This document shows, piece after piece, positions 40,793-55,015 of a stretch of DNA of 64,000 nucleotides. The notes under the pieces are model-generated. The model made no database searches and had not been told where the DNA came from. It worked only from the letters and a program-made list of their open reading frames with translations. The stretch is taken from NCBI GenBank assembly GCA_964016885.1, contig OZ024751.1:23932001-23996000 (forward strand). The letters run 5' to 3'. Positions within the stretch are counted from its first letter, which is position 1. Each line of letters starts with the position of its first letter. Made by a program: the position numbers and the translations under genes. Source of the DNA: Eledone cirrhosa. Its lineage: Eukaryota.

Positions 40793-42454
40793 AATTCACA
40801 GTTTACGTGATGCATTATTAAATATGTGATTAGGAAAGCCAGGACAATGCAAAATAGAAATAAATGAGTGAATCTAGAGTAAAGCAAAGAAAAAATAAAA
40901 TAGATATATATCGAAACCACGATTTCCTACCTTACCATATGAATTTCATATTTCAGTATATTAACACCCCTTTCAAAAGAAGGAAATGGCGTATGATGGC
41001 GATGGGAGGGTTAAATATTTCTGCGCAGACATTGGGTTAGGAAGGTAGTAATATGTGCAGACTAGTATAGTTATAATAACCAACTAATTTCATCTATTTC
41101 GCATATAATATTAATATTAAGCAATTATTAATATTACATGTAGGAAATTAACAGCAACATCTGCAACCACATATATTTTATGAACTATCAGAGCTATTAG
41201 GACTATCAGTACAATGGAAGGGTCTTTTATTGTATTGTACCTGTCTCTTTGGAATTGCCCATTAATCCTTGTAGAGCTCAGTGCTATTGGTCATATGGTG
41301 AATGTGTATTTATATCTACTTGTAAGTAAGCATGGATATGTGTGTTAGATATTATTCAAGCTATCTTTTACTCCCCTGTTTCATTGTTTTTAATGTATGA
41401 TCTGAGTTCAAATCCCGCCGAGGTTAACTTTGCCTTTCATCCTTCCGGGGTCGATAGAATAAAGTACCAGTAATGCATTGGCTAATTGCTGGCCTTGTGC
41501 CAAAAGTAGAAACAATTATTTTTAATGTGAGTAAGAATGTTTCCTACAAGGCAAAACATGGTATATAAACAATCTATTTTAATAGACAATAGGGACAATC
41601 CATCTCGTGTTCCCGGCCGACAAGATGGAGAAGACATTGCCCCAGGGGGCAGTGAGGGAGACGTGTTGGAACAGCCATACAACTTCGTAGGGCTCCTACT
41701 TCAAGATACGCAGCTCCTCGGCGATAGGAGTGAGCAGGAATGTAGCCCTGTGGCCAAGAGCAGCAGAAATGTCCACTGTCAATGTAAGAATAATTGGACA
41801 AATACACACAACGCACACAGAGCTTTCAGATACACACAAACAATAAACACATAATACACACACAAACACACAGCACACACCCGCTCAGTAAAATGAAACA
41901 GTAGGGAATTGATGTGATTGCTTTATCTGTAAATAGCCATACATATACATACACAAGTACACACACATACTCACATAAACACATACACACACATCACATA
42001 GACACACAGAAGACATACACACAAAAAAACACATACAAACACGTCACACATATACACACAACACATCCACATACACAATATACATGCACACTACAGTGCA
42101 CCCCCACACTCAAGATATATATACACACAATACAAACACACAGCATACATACAGACACAAACAGCACATACACAAGAAACGCATACAAACTGACAATGCA
42201 TACACACACACAACATACAGACACACACATACACGACATACAGACACACACATACACGACATACATGTCCGACCTGTAAATTAGATGGTTGCAGGTGTTG
42301 CTATTAATTGCATAATTAACTAAACGGATTATTAAAACTGTTCAGATCACAACGATACATTATTGTTAATAAATTTACACCAATATTTCACGTGCCTTGG
42401 AATAATTTCTCTTACAGAGTTCTTTCTGAATTTCTATAATGATTTCTATAATGA

Positions 42455-42680
42455 TTTACTAGTTTCTAGTCGTTAGTGAGGCTTCGGCTTTGAAAAGAAT
42501 TTTGTCGTAGCTTAAGAATAAATTTTAATAAACGAGGGCCGGCTGATTATATTTTTATAGAGTTTTACCGGTTTCTAGTCGTTAGGTTGCCAACTTTCTC
42601 AGGCCTCCGTCTTAAAAATAATTTCATTGTAACTGAACAATGCATTTATAGACACGAGGGTCAGCTGAATATATTTTATA
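42455..42680. repeat. Diverged tandem duplication of about 110-120 bp
   Basis: gtttctagtcgttag and acgaggg.c.gctga.tatatttt each occur twice. Confidence 0.6.
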
Positions 42681-42778
42681 TTTGTATAATGTTTTGATTG
42701 TTACTACTTGTTATATTTCCAACATACTGGGACTCTCGCTTCAAAAAGTACACATCCTCGTGTACGTCAATAACACAA

Positions 42779-42841
<63 letters not shown>

Positions 42842-43114
42842 TAAATAAATTACTGACCTTTCCTGTTTATAGTTGTTTATAGTATATACATACCTATATA
42901 TAATATTATATATATATATAATATATATATATAAAAGAAATCAAAGAACGCTTACATACTCAAACAGTTTTTATTTGCTGACATTGTTTCATCCATACCG
43001 TTGGGCAGGAATCATCTGAGCTTAATAAACAGTGCTGAGTATAAGCTCTACCAAGCTTAGTATATATATATATTTATTAAAATAACAGATTATTATTATT
43101 ACTATTATTATTAT

Positions 43115-43146
<32 letters not shown>

Positions 43147-43152
<6 letters not shown>

Positions 43153-43619
43153 ATATTAAATAAATGGAAAATATATTTATAAAACCATATTTATTTTATT
43201 ATATATATTTTAAGGGTACCAAGACACATTGGTACGCTTTCCTCATATAAAATACAAAGTTTGTTTCATAAATAGAGACATACCCATGAAAATCATACCT
43301 TATCGGTTGGATATTCTCTGGATAGTTGGATATTCTCTGGATAGATGACTATCCAGAGAATATCCAACCGACAAGGTATGATTTTCATGGGTATGTCTCT
43401 ATTTATAAAACAGACTTTGTATTTTATCTGAGCAAAGCGTACCAATGTGTCTGGTACTCTTGAAATATATCTAATAAAATAAAGATGGTTTTATAAATAT
43501 AGTTTCCATTTATTTAATATCATTGAATATTTACTCCATTCTACAGTTGAGTGCTCTAAATCAGTTATAAACATTTATATTTGTCGGACTTCCAACAAAT
43601 TAAATACCCCTTCTACTTA
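43147..43619 (+). mobile_element. Family J pLTR fold-back with ~180-bp arms
   Basis: 43147-43345 is inverted relative to 43349-43525, with a local 19-bp duplication at the centre. A related copy lies at 45600-45720 (-). Confidence 0.85.
43422..43479 (+). ncRNA. Hammerhead (family J)
   Basis: ttttat CTGAGCA aagcgtaccaatgtgtctggtactctt GAAA tatatc TA ataaaa. The inverted arm reads ATGAGGA, so the consensus core is CTGAGGA. Confidence 0.7.
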
Positions 43620-44260
43620 TATATATATATATATTTAATACATTAACAGAGAAAGTTTTTAGTGATACTCTGACCAACTCCATCTCCCCCAACAAACATT
43701 AGGATATACCTGAGTATAATCCCAATTATGTGTTTGGGGTGCTAACTATATAGTATTCCGTGGATAGTTGGTTGTATTATTTTATGAGCCATAATTAAAT
43801 AAATCTCTCTTTCATATATATGTGTATGTATATGTATATATATATATATAAGAGATGTCAACATGAATGGATCTGTTATTTTTATCTAAAGACATTTTTT
43901 TCCAATAAAAACCCACCCGTCCTCTCAATCTATCTTATTTCTCATTCTTTCTTCTGATGAAGGACTAGCGTTAAGACCCTCATCGTGCTACATCAAGCGT
44001 TAACCTAATATATCCCTTCCATAGTATTGTGTTGTTATTTCTGTTTACATTTTACATATATATATAAATAATTAGTATATCTACCAACATATATACACAG
44101 ATGCATACCTATGCTAGCAAATATATAGGTTTTGTCTTAGTAACTTTGTGGTTCAATGCAAGGGGATGTAGAACAATTATAGTTGAACTAATTAGAACTA
44201 ATTAGGTGGAGTGAAATTTTAGTAAGTAAGTTAATTTTTATAATTTTCTTATTTTACGTC

Positions 44261-44332
<72 letters not shown>

Positions 44333-44387
44333 GTGAGGTTGTTTTTACAAAATTAAAAATAACCGAGGTCTCCTACACGAGTGAAAG

Positions 44388-44685
44388 TATAAAGAGAAAA
44401 AGATGAAATCGAAAATGCAACTGGAGTCTTATTTTAAAAAAAATTATATATATTTATTTGGTTCCTTTACCGGTTTCGCAGTTCCTCTGCTTTTCAAACG
44501 TAGAGTTGAGATGGAGGATCTGTGTTTTTTCTCACATCTGTAGAAAAACCACAGTCCCTCCATCTCAACTCTACGTTTGAAAGGCAGAAGAACTGCGAAA
44601 CCGGTAAAGGAACCAAATAAATATATATATATTTTTTTAAATAAGACTCTAGTTGCATTTTCGATTTCATCTTTTTTTCTTTATA
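44388..44685. mobile_element. Family H fold-back with ~145-bp arms; single arm repeated at 60855-61000
   Basis: aaaagatgaaatcgaaaatgcaact...tttttctcaca / gtagaaaaaccacag...agttgcattttcgatttcatctttt. Confidence 0.88.
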
Positions 44686-45108
44686 TATATATATATCCAT
44701 GGATCTCGGGAATTCTACCCGGTCTCTCTCATCCCCCCCTCTCTCTCTCTCTCTGTATATATATATATATATATTCTGATATGTTTTAAGTGTTATCGTA
44801 CATGGTAATCTAAAATAATTGTAAATATTTTTTGGATCTAGGTTTTAAAAACAAAAGTATAATATTGTATCTGACATGTCTTTATCCATTGAATACACAC
44901 AAGACATGCATATTTCAGCGAATTAATATAAAGAAAATACAAAATGTTCTTTTATGTTAAAAAAATTAAATGTTACAAATATATACACTCTCACACACAC
45001 GCACACACACGCACCCACATGTGTGTGTGTGTGAGTGTATGTATTTGTAACATTTAGATATGTAACATATGTGTGTGTGTGTGTGTGTGTCTGTGAATCT
45101 GTACATAC

Positions 45109-45145
<37 letters not shown>

Positions 45146-45187
45146 TTCAAAATATTAACAAAATAGATATTCTTATGATCAATTATA

Positions 45188-45250
45188 TTTTATTATACAT
45201 ATTTCAGAGGTACTGAGTTAAGTTCAACAGTACGTCCTCATCAGATAAAA
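45188..45250 (-). ncRNA. Type I hammerhead (family F)
   Basis: Minus strand: ttttat CTGATGA ggacgtactg ttgaacttaact cagtacctct GAAA tatgta TA ataaaa. Confidence 0.85.
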
Positions 45251-45907
45251 TAAAATGATACATGAGATACCCTGACATAGTAGATGGTTAAGATTCAGTC
45301 ATGGTAGTGATTAACTTATGACAAAACTCAATATTTATACCCTAATATTGAGAACATGAGATAATATAATACAAACAATAGAGAGGGTACGTGTAATAGA
45401 AATACATACAGTTTAAGAAATACATGGCATCAATATAACAGTTATAAAATTTTTAATTTTTAAAAACTACTGGAGAAAGAGGAGGGAAAGGAAAGCATAG
45501 CTGTTGAGTGCTTCCAATCTATTGTAAAACTCATTATTTGATGTATTCATTGAACCTTGTTTAACTTTTAAATATATATATATATATATAAAATATTAAC
45601 AATATAATAAATGGAAAATATCTTTAAGAAACCATATATACGTATTTCAAGAGTACTAATATTTAAGTACGCTTTCATCAAATAAAATATAATATTTGGT
45701 GTTAAGATAGTGACACATCTTCGTGTCTACTTAATGGTATAAACCCAATGAAGGCAGTGATTGAAAAATTCAAAAGCCAGGGATATATGTTAATGGGGAT
45801 ATGTTAAGACATAAAAAAGCCGTTGATAAAAGTTGAAAAAATCCTTCTTTATATTGTTTATAGGGTTGTTATTATAGAGTTAAAGTTGATGTAGACTTAG
45901 TGTAGAG

Positions 45908-45986
<79 letters not shown>

Positions 45987-46084
45987 ACGTATAGCACGGA
46001 GCATATGTGCATAAACACACATGCACCGTGTTGTATTATGACAGTATTGTGTTATCTCAATGTACAAGAACAGAGCCGTTATAT

Positions 46085-46338
46085 GTAAAATAAACCAAAG
46101 AACGCGCTACATACTCAAACAGTTTTTATTTGCTTACAATGTTTCATCCATACCGTTTGGTAGGATTCCTCAGAGCTTAATACCCTCTTTTGCATTCCGA
46201 TTGTTCGTGTGACTAATCTCTGTGGAGCTTATACTCAGCACTGCGTTCATTAAGCTCTGAGGATTCCTACCAAACGGTATGGATGAAACAATGTAAGCAA
46301 ATAAAAACTGTTTGAGTATGTAAGCGTTCATTGGTTTC

Positions 46339-46343
<5 letters not shown>
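46085..46343. mobile_element. Family G fold-back; single arm also at 42933-43058
   Basis: catactcaaacagtttttatttgcttacaatgtttcatcc / ggatgaaacaatgtaagcaaataaaaactgtttgagtatg. Confidence 0.85.
46254..46298 (+). ncRNA. Minimal hammerhead (family G); mirror copy at 46132-46176 (-)
   Basis: gct CTGAGGA ttcctaccaaacggtatggat GAAA caatg TA agc. Confidence 0.8.
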
Positions 46344-46413
<70 letters not shown>

Positions 46414-47081
46414 AACTTGGTCGTAGATTGACAGTAATGGTAGAGCGTCAGACAATATGCTTTGTGCTATATACTTACGTTCCTTTAATATTGTGTGCTT
46501 ATATCTTGCCTTTCATCCTTACGGAGGTTAGAAAATAATGTACCAGTAATGCAATCGTTCCAATTTAATCGACTTTCCTTTCCACCCGTATTGTCGACCT
46601 TGTGTCTAATTCGGAAAATATTATTCTATACGTTACAGAGAATTTGATTTCATCATTCTAATCAAGTCTGAAATAACCATTAATTACAAAAGGACAGCAC
46701 TTCGTAGGATTCACATGGATTTCATTTCAAGAATCTATTTTGAAATCAGTGCAAAGGCCAAGCATATATAACTTTCTTATAAACAAACACGAATGTAAGT
46801 TTAATGAATAAGAGTATAAGTTATATTCCCACATACTAGCGATAATATTGATTGAACACTGTCAACAGTAGCACGTGTATCAAGGTCTATCAAACATACC
46901 TGATTTATAGCAATGTATATCTACAAGTTATATATATATATATAGTATATATATATATATACTATACACAGAAAAATACACAAACAAGTTTGTTTTTTTT
47001 CCCCGAAAAAATCTTTTTTTTCCCGTTCGTTCCTGTTCTCGCAAGCTATCGTTTTTATTTCATCTTTTATTTCTCATTGTA

Positions 47082-47117
47082 TCGCCTGAAGAAGGACTGG
47101 TGTCAGAAACTTTACGA
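47082..47117 (+). ncRNA. Degenerate minimal hammerhead
   Basis: tcgc CTGAAGA aggactggtgtca GAAA ctt TA cga. Imperfect stems. Lies in an island between (TA)n tracts. Confidence 0.45.
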
Positions 47118-47202
47118 CTTTATCTACTATAACAAGCGTCACACTGATATATTTCTTCATTGAATGGTGTTGTTTGCATCGTTGTTTCCGTTTACTTCTT
47201 GG

Positions 47203-47244
<42 letters not shown>

Positions 47245-47264
47245 ATTTATATATATATATATAT

Positions 47265-47460
47265 AGGAATGAGTAGGACCCCGACGGCTGAGCTCAAGCC
47301 GTTTCGACGGCTAATTCTGAACTCAGAATTAGCCGTCAAAACGGCTTGAGCTCAGCCGTCGGGGTCCTACTCGTTCCTATTACCCACTCTACTACCCTAA
47401 GTATTGAGTACTTTGGTGCGTTATGGTCCACTTGCTTCCTTACCACATTTCTTTCGTTAT
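47265..47460 (+). mobile_element. Family B pLTR fold-back in (TA)n
   Basis: Palindrome centred on ttctgaactcagaa. Short arms of the same family also occur at 1-30 and 49131-49188. Confidence 0.9.
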
Positions 47461-47470
47461 ATATATATAT

Positions 47471-47609
<139 letters not shown>

Positions 47610-47725
47610 AACATACGGTGATACCTTATATTTCTAATTTCAAACTGGCTCACTGTTTCTAAACATACTTGACATTTACTTGCTAAGAATATACCTTCTA
47701 ATTTGAATCGAAGGAGATTGGTTAT

Positions 47726-47792
47726 GCGTTGGTGTAGTGGTAGCACAGTGGTCTGTATAACCAAAGATGTGGGTTCGATTCTCATATACGTC
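47726..47792 (+). pseudogene. tRNA-like sequence (A and B boxes, GTA-anticodon-like loop), not a clean cloverleaf
   Basis: tggtgtagtggt (A box), tggt-ctgtata-acca hairpin and gtggg-ttcgatt-ctcat T arm. The acceptor stem is poor. Confidence 0.65.
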
Positions 47793-48104
47793 AATACTCA
47801 TCTTTTTCCATTTCTCTGAGGGTTCTAAACCCCACTATCAGGCTAAACATTTCTTTAGTCAGAAATACTGTGATAACTTATATTTCTAAATTCAAACTCG
47901 CTCACTGTTTCAAAACATACTTACTATATATATATATGTACAATGTACATTATACATATGTATATATGTATATATATATATATTTGATAACATATTACAT
48001 ATGTTTCCCTGTCGATCAGCTCGAGCAACGATCGAACTTGGCTTTGGAATCGAAAGAACCTCAGATATGCCTCAATATGTAAGCTACTCTGTGTGTGTGT
48101 GTTT

Positions 48105-48783
48105 ATGCATAACACTTATAAATATGCATAACACTTATAAATATGAATAACACTTATAAATATGCATAACACTTATAAATATGAATAACACTTATAAATA
48201 TGAATAACTTATATATATGAATAACACTTATTAATATACATAACACTTATATATATGAATAACACTTATAAATATGAATAACACTTACAAATATCCATAA
48301 CACTTATAAATATGAATAACTCTTATAAATATGCATAACTTATATATATGAATAACACTTATTAATATACATAACACTTATATATATGAATAATACTTAT
48401 AAATATGATTAACACTTACAAATATCCATAACACTTATAAATATGAATAACACTTATTAATATGCATAACACTTATAAATATGAATAACAGTTATAAATA
48501 TGCATACCACTTATATATATGAATAATACTTATAAATATGATTAACACTTACAAATATCCATAACCCTTATAAATATGAATAACACTTATAAATATGCAT
48601 ACCACTTATATATATGAATAACACTTATAAATATGAATAACACTTATAAATATGCATACCACTTATATATATGAATAACACTTATAAATATGAATAACAC
48701 TTATAAATATGCATAACACTTATAAATATGAATAACACTTATAAATATGAATAACACTTATAAATATGAATAACACTTATAAA
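48105..48783. repeat. Minisatellite, ~19-bp unit tatgaataacacttataaa, about 35 copies
   Basis: Direct tandem repetition with gaat/gcat/ccat variants. Confidence 0.95.
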
Positions 48784-50070
48784 TCTGAAAAGGTTTGAGA
48801 GGAATGGCACAGAAAGAACAAGAGAGAGATAAATAGAGATAGTTAACTTGGTTAATTGTTCATTTTGCTTGTATTTATGTATGTATGCATGTATTTATAT
48901 ATATATATACATGTCTGTGTGTGTTTGTATACATTTCATGTATATGTTATGCAAATATATACATGAATGAAGACATACCTACTCCATGTGGTGTCTATTT
49001 TCTCTGTGAATATATGCAGATTTATACAACTCCGATGCATGTACAGAATTTTACACATACATGCAAACATCTCCTCACATATATATACATGCACACCCAC
49101 CTGTACGCTTCCGGCATGATATATACGCGTCCAGAAATAGCCGTCGAAACGGCTTGAGCTCTGCCGCCGGGGTTAATCATTTTCCTATATATATATATAT
49201 ATAACTGCTTAAACCTTGTTTGTATATAACATTATTCTTTCTGCACCTTCTGTTTAACATGTGCGACACCATACTAATACATTTCCCTATCATTTGATAA
49301 TGCATATAAATGCAGAAGCCGGTAATAGACAATAATTAAATATATAAATAGATAAATAAATGCCATTGTTAAATAATAAATAAATCAACTAATACCTTAA
49401 CACTTCACACAAAGTAAAACATTTCGTTTTAATCATTTTCTAACCCAGAAGAGATAGAGAGAGACACAAAAAAAAGGAAAAAAAAATATTTTTCTTCCTC
49501 ATAATCGTCTCTTTCTTCCTGTTTTCATATATATATATATATCCTAACTCGTGTGCCCCCTCTCCACATTTTATTATTATATAGTGGTTTGGTAGTATCG
49601 GTAGAGGTTTGGACAATATGCTTTGTAGCACAGAGTTACACCCCTTTCTGATCTGAGTTCAAATCCTGCCGAGGTTCACTTTGCCTTTCATCCTTACGGG
49701 TCGATAAAATAAAGTACCAGTAATGCACTGGGCGATTGCTGGCCTTGTGCCAAAAGTAGAAACAATTATTATATATATATACACATATTCTTTTGTGTAT
49801 ATCGAAAGACACGTATGTTTAATGAGCGCAGATTTTAACTAAAAATCTAAGTACTGACAGGATCATACAAACATACAAACACACACACATCAGGGAGAGA
49901 ACGAAAGGACAGAGAATGAGAGAGTGAAAGAGAGAGAGAGAGAGAGATAGAGAGAGGGGTGAAGATAGATAGAGAGAGAGAAATTCACAAGTTCGTTAAT
50001 ATAAAGATATAGGCATATACTACTCTCATACGTACGCATGTATAATTTTATATATGATATATATACATAT

Positions 50071-50119
<49 letters not shown>

Positions 50120-50120
<1 letters not shown>

Positions 50121-50490
50121 CGTTTCTGAATTTGTTTAGCAAGATTCTTTATCTGAAAACGTGTGTTGAAACCGATATTGTTATACTTTGGGAGGGTCAT
50201 GTTGCCAATAAGAAACACACGCACCATGCGCATTCATTTCAATTTATTATAAATTAAATTTATAAATTTAGGAATTTAGGAATTTATAAATTTCCGGTTG
50301 GTTGGTTGGTTCCACAAACAGATGATTGTTCATATATTGTCAAAGTTCTTTTGTCACACATTCTGTGACCTCTTCAGTGACTGGGGATTCTTTTCTTTGT
50401 TTGTGTGCCTCTCCTTTGTTCAGTCCTACGCCATCTTGATTTCGTGTGTGAACACACAAAAAATCAAGATGGCGTAGGACAGAACAAAGA
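50120..50490 (-). mobile_element. Solo 3' end (pLTR) of the PLE 2 family with short 5' inversion
   Basis: Reverse complement matches 19630-19893 (aagatggcgtagga..., gtcactgaagaggtcaca, aaccaaccaacc, ttattggcaacatgaccctcccaaagtataacaat). Inverted arms at about 50416-50450 and 50452-50488. Confidence 0.9.
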
Positions 50491-51499
50491 ACTTAAGAGA
50501 AGCCCGGTTATTTGAATTATTGTAGCAAGTTATTTATAATAAAATGTTGTAGTTTGCAAGTTTGCAGGCATTGTATATAATATATAATGTGGGATGTGAT
50601 ATAAGGTCACGCAATGAAAAATTGATATCAGATGAAGGTAACTAAGAAGTAAGTTACCTGGTAATCTTTGTTTTGTTATTTGTTGTTGTTGCTGTTGTTT
50701 CTTTCGCCCTAATATTTCGGGACTTAAATTCCCTTCTTCAGAGAATAAGGAACTTTAAGAGAAAAATCTTCCGGTTTCTTCTCTTTGGGATTAAATTTTA
50801 TGTATTTTTTACCTGCTGAGTGGACTGGAGCAATGTGATATAAAGTAGCACAATGCGACAATGCGAAGTTGGGAATCGAACTCATGACCACACGATTGTG
50901 GCCTGAAGCAAACACTTTACCACTAAACCACGCATCTTTCCGATATGGTATATGATATGGCAGTTAATCTTTTGCTTCTTCTTGTTTATTTCAGACCAAG
51001 AAATAAAATATATTAATTGTTTCTACATTTATCACACGTCCAACAATTAGGAAAGAAATGGAAAAGTCTATTAAACCGACCCTAGTTCATTACTGGTACT
51101 TTATATTATCGACCCGTAAGGATGAATGACAAAGGTCAGATCGGCAAGACTTGAACTCAGACGTAAAGGGCTGTAACTATACACCCAAAAAAATGTTGTC
51201 CGATACTGGCACCCACTTCCCTTAAAATAGGGTTTCTGATTTAAGTACTTCCCCAACAATTTTTGAGGAGGGCAAAGTCGATAAAATTTACCCGAATACA
51301 TTACTTTTACTTTATATTATTGATTGCGTAAAGGTGAAAGGCAAAGTTAAACTCAGCAAGATTTGAACTCAGAATGTAAAATGCCGTTACTATATACCGC
51401 TAAGCATATCGTCCGACTCTCTATTGATACGTCCAATCCACAGTCCTTAACATATAAATATACAATAGCCACAATTTCTTCGCGTTATTTAAAGTTAAG

Positions 51500-51688
51500 A
51501 GCGGTGGATTGGCAGTATCAGTAGAGGGTCGGGCGCCATGCTTTCCAGCATAGTTACGTCCCTTTACGATCTGAGTTCAAATCCCGCCGAGGTTGACTTT
51601 GCCTTTCATCCTTACGGGGTCGATAAAATAAAGTACCAGTAATGTACTGGATATTTTGCTGGCCTTGTGCCAATAGTAGAAACAGTTA
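51500..51688 (+). mobile_element. Full-length major SINE with 17-bp TSD
   Basis: Flanked by ttatttaaagttaagag on both sides. Confidence 0.93.
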
Positions 51689-51762
51689 TTTAAAGTTAAG
51701 AGTACGTCATTTTCTCTATCACATAACATCCTGTAACTACCAAGGTTCATGCACAGATTCAG

Positions 51763-51763
<1 letters not shown>

Positions 51764-51842
<79 letters not shown>

Positions 51843-52812
51843 AGACACACAGAGACATACACACACACAAGCACACACACTCACACATACACAGAGACAC
51901 ACACACACACATACACACTCACACAGACACACATACATACACACACACACACGTACACACACACGCACACGCACACGCACACACAGACACACATACACAC
52001 ACCCACGCACACATACTCACACAGACACACAGACGCACACACATGCACACACACTCACACACAGACATACATATATACCCAGACATACACACACTCACAC
52101 ACAAACGCATATATAGAAACATATACACATACACACGCAAACTCACATACATAGACATATAAACACACACCCACCCATAGACACATATACACAAATACAC
52201 AAGGAGACATGCATACATTCACTAACACAGACACACATACACACATATATATACAAGACACGCACATACATACACAAACACACACACACAAACACACATA
52301 AAACGCAAACATATACAGAACTGAGGGTGGAGGAGAGAGTGAGAGAGAGAGAGAGAGGGTGGAGGAGAGAGTGAGAGGGAGAGAGGGTGGAGGAGAGAGT
52401 GGAGGAGAGAGAGAGTGGGTGGAGGAGAGAGAGAGGGTGGAGGAGAGAGTGGAGGAGAGAGTGAGATAGAGAGAGGGAGAGAGAAAGAGATGGTGGAACA
52501 CACACAAAGACACAAACACACACATATATACAAACACACGCACATACATACACAAACACACGCACAAACGCACAAACAACGCAAACATATACACAACTAC
52601 ACAACTACACAGAGATATTCATACATTCACTAACACAGTCACACACACACACAAAGACACAATCACACACATATATACAAAGATACGCACATACATACAC
52701 ACACACACACACAAAGTCAAAAACACACACATATATAAAAATACACACACACACAAACACACACACATACAAACACACATACATACATATACATACATAC
52801 ACACGCATACAA

Positions 52813-52845
<33 letters not shown>

Positions 52846-53010
52846 AACAAACACACGCACAACCACACACACACACAACCACACACACAAACACACACAA
52901 AAATACACACACACAGCCACACACATACACACACACAAACACACACACAACCACAGACACACACACAAAAACACACACGCACACACACACACAAACACAC
53001 ACACACAACC
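51764..53010. repeat. Compound low-complexity block: (CA)n-rich with a central GA-rich gagggtggaggagagagt repeat (52322-52490)
   Basis: Direct inspection. Confidence 0.9.
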
Positions 53011-53265
53011 AATAGTCTAGTGTGACTCTCTTCCTACAATCATCTACAAACCTCACAATTGCTTAGATTATTTTTCTGTTATTCTCAACAGACACACAGA
53101 CACAGTTAAACACTCCATAAACACTACACATACATGGCAACAACAGTGTACATACACACACATATGTAATTCATAGTATACACATATACACACATGTATA
53201 TATATATAGACATGCAAACCACATGCAAACCATATATATATACATATATACATGCAAATAACAGC

Positions 53266-53325
<60 letters not shown>

Positions 53326-53339
53326 CCAAATGTAAACAA

Positions 53340-53760
53340 GGTCCATTGATTATTCAATGAATATAGTTTTACAATAGATTAAAAGCACTCAACCGTGAAG
53401 TTTTCTGGAGTTTTTAATATTATTCAAAATATTAATAAATGGAGACATTCACGTAATCAAAATATGTTTTATTATATATATTTCGTTTTTTCAGTACGTC
53501 CTCATCAGATAAAATACATGAATTGATGTATGACATACCTCAACTGCCAAAACTGTAATTGAACCATCAGCAGAGTTGAGGTATGTCATACATCATTTTA
53601 TGTATTTTATCTGATGAGGACGTACTGAAAAAACAGCACAGTACCTCCGAAATATATATAATTATATATATATATATATATATATATAACAAAATGTTAA
53701 TAAGGTTTTATAATAGAATAAAAGCACTCAACAAAGAGGTTTTCTGGAGTTATTAAAAAT
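53340..53760. mobile_element. Family F fold-back and adjacent tail fragment; relatives at 45140-45575 and 54385-54467
   Basis: cagtacgtcctcatcagataaaataca...tgacatacctcaact / agttgaggtatgtca...tgtattttatctgatgaggacgtactg. Confidence 0.85.
53605..53662 (+). ncRNA. Type I hammerhead (family F), runs into (TA)n just after the cleavage site
   Basis: ttttat CTGATGA ggacgtactg aaaaaacagca cagtacctcc GAAA tatata TA at. Confidence 0.8.
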
Positions 53761-53804
53761 TATTATTATTATTATTATTATTATTAAAATTATTATGAAA
53801 ATGA

Positions 53805-54182
53805 AAATCAGGGTAGAAAGGGAAGTGCTCTCTTCCCAGCATTTAGTTGAAAGATGGGTGAGAGAGGCAAGAATGGCCCGAGTGAATGGGCCTACTCTGA
53901 GTATGTGTCTGTAAATTAAAGGTGGAAAACTGGGAGAGGGCACTTGCCCTGGTGGTCAGGGTCACTGTGGCTTTTTAAAGGGCTTTATCCACGAATGTCC
54001 CTCGGAAGTCGCCCCCCCCCCCCCTATTGGGGAATTTTTTTCATTGTTCTATTATTACATCCTCTGAATTTTTTTTTTTTTTTTACACGCAGAAATGCCC
54101 TTTTGTACCGTCCTGTATTGTCCTGTACTGTCCTTAATGTCTACTTTATGTAAACCCTTGTGGTTAATAAAGAAAGCATTAT
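53805..54182 (+). mobile_element. LINE 3' end, probably L1/Tx1-like
   Basis: ORF end KIRVEREVLSSQHLVERWVREARMARVNGPTLSMCL*, then a 3' UTR with AATAAA and a (TTA)n tail. The terminal ~140 bp is repeated at 55470-55617. Confidence 0.55.
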
Positions 54183-54465
54183 TATTATTATTTTAATAAT
54201 TATTTTAATTATAAAAATTATTATAAAAATTATTATTATTATTATTATTATTATAACCTCAAATCCAGCCGAGGTTAACTTTGCCTTTCATCCTTACGGG
54301 GTCGATAAAATAAAGTACCAGTAATGCACTGGGTATTTGCTGGCCTTGTGCCAAAAAGTAGAAACAATTATTATTATTATTATTATTCAAAATATGAATA
54401 AATGAAGACATTCACATAATCAAAATGTTTTATTATATATTTCGGAGGTACTGTGCTGTTTCAGT

Positions 54466-54502
<37 letters not shown>

Positions 54503-54720
54503 AGTACACACACACACACACACACACACACGCACGTACACACACACACACACATGTAATGCATATAGTGTGCATATACATATGCACACATTGCTGATGA
54601 ATTCCTGCATCCAAACACCCAAACGTCAATATTCTCAAGCAGGCAGGCACGTGTGTCTAGTAAATAGACGTTGAATGAAATATATACACACACACACATA
54701 CACACACACACCCACACCCA

Positions 54721-54804
<84 letters not shown>

Positions 54805-54816
54805 CATATATATATG

Positions 54817-54851
<35 letters not shown>

Positions 54852-54905
54852 TTATATACATATATATATATACATATATATATATTTATATACATATATA
54901 TATAC

Positions 54906-54938
<33 letters not shown>

Positions 54939-55015
54939 CATATATACATATATATATATACATATATACATATACATATATACTTATATACACACATATA
55001 TATATATATATATAA

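Noticed and set aside
43951-43985. CTGATGA suggesting a hammerhead
   Set aside because: No GAAA, stem III or stem I in suitable positions.
47726-47792. Functional tRNA-Tyr gene
   Set aside because: The acceptor and D stems do not pair properly, so it is treated as a tRNA-derived head.
48105-48783. CRISPR-like array
   Set aside because: Contiguous 19-bp tandem units with no unique spacers, in a eukaryotic context.
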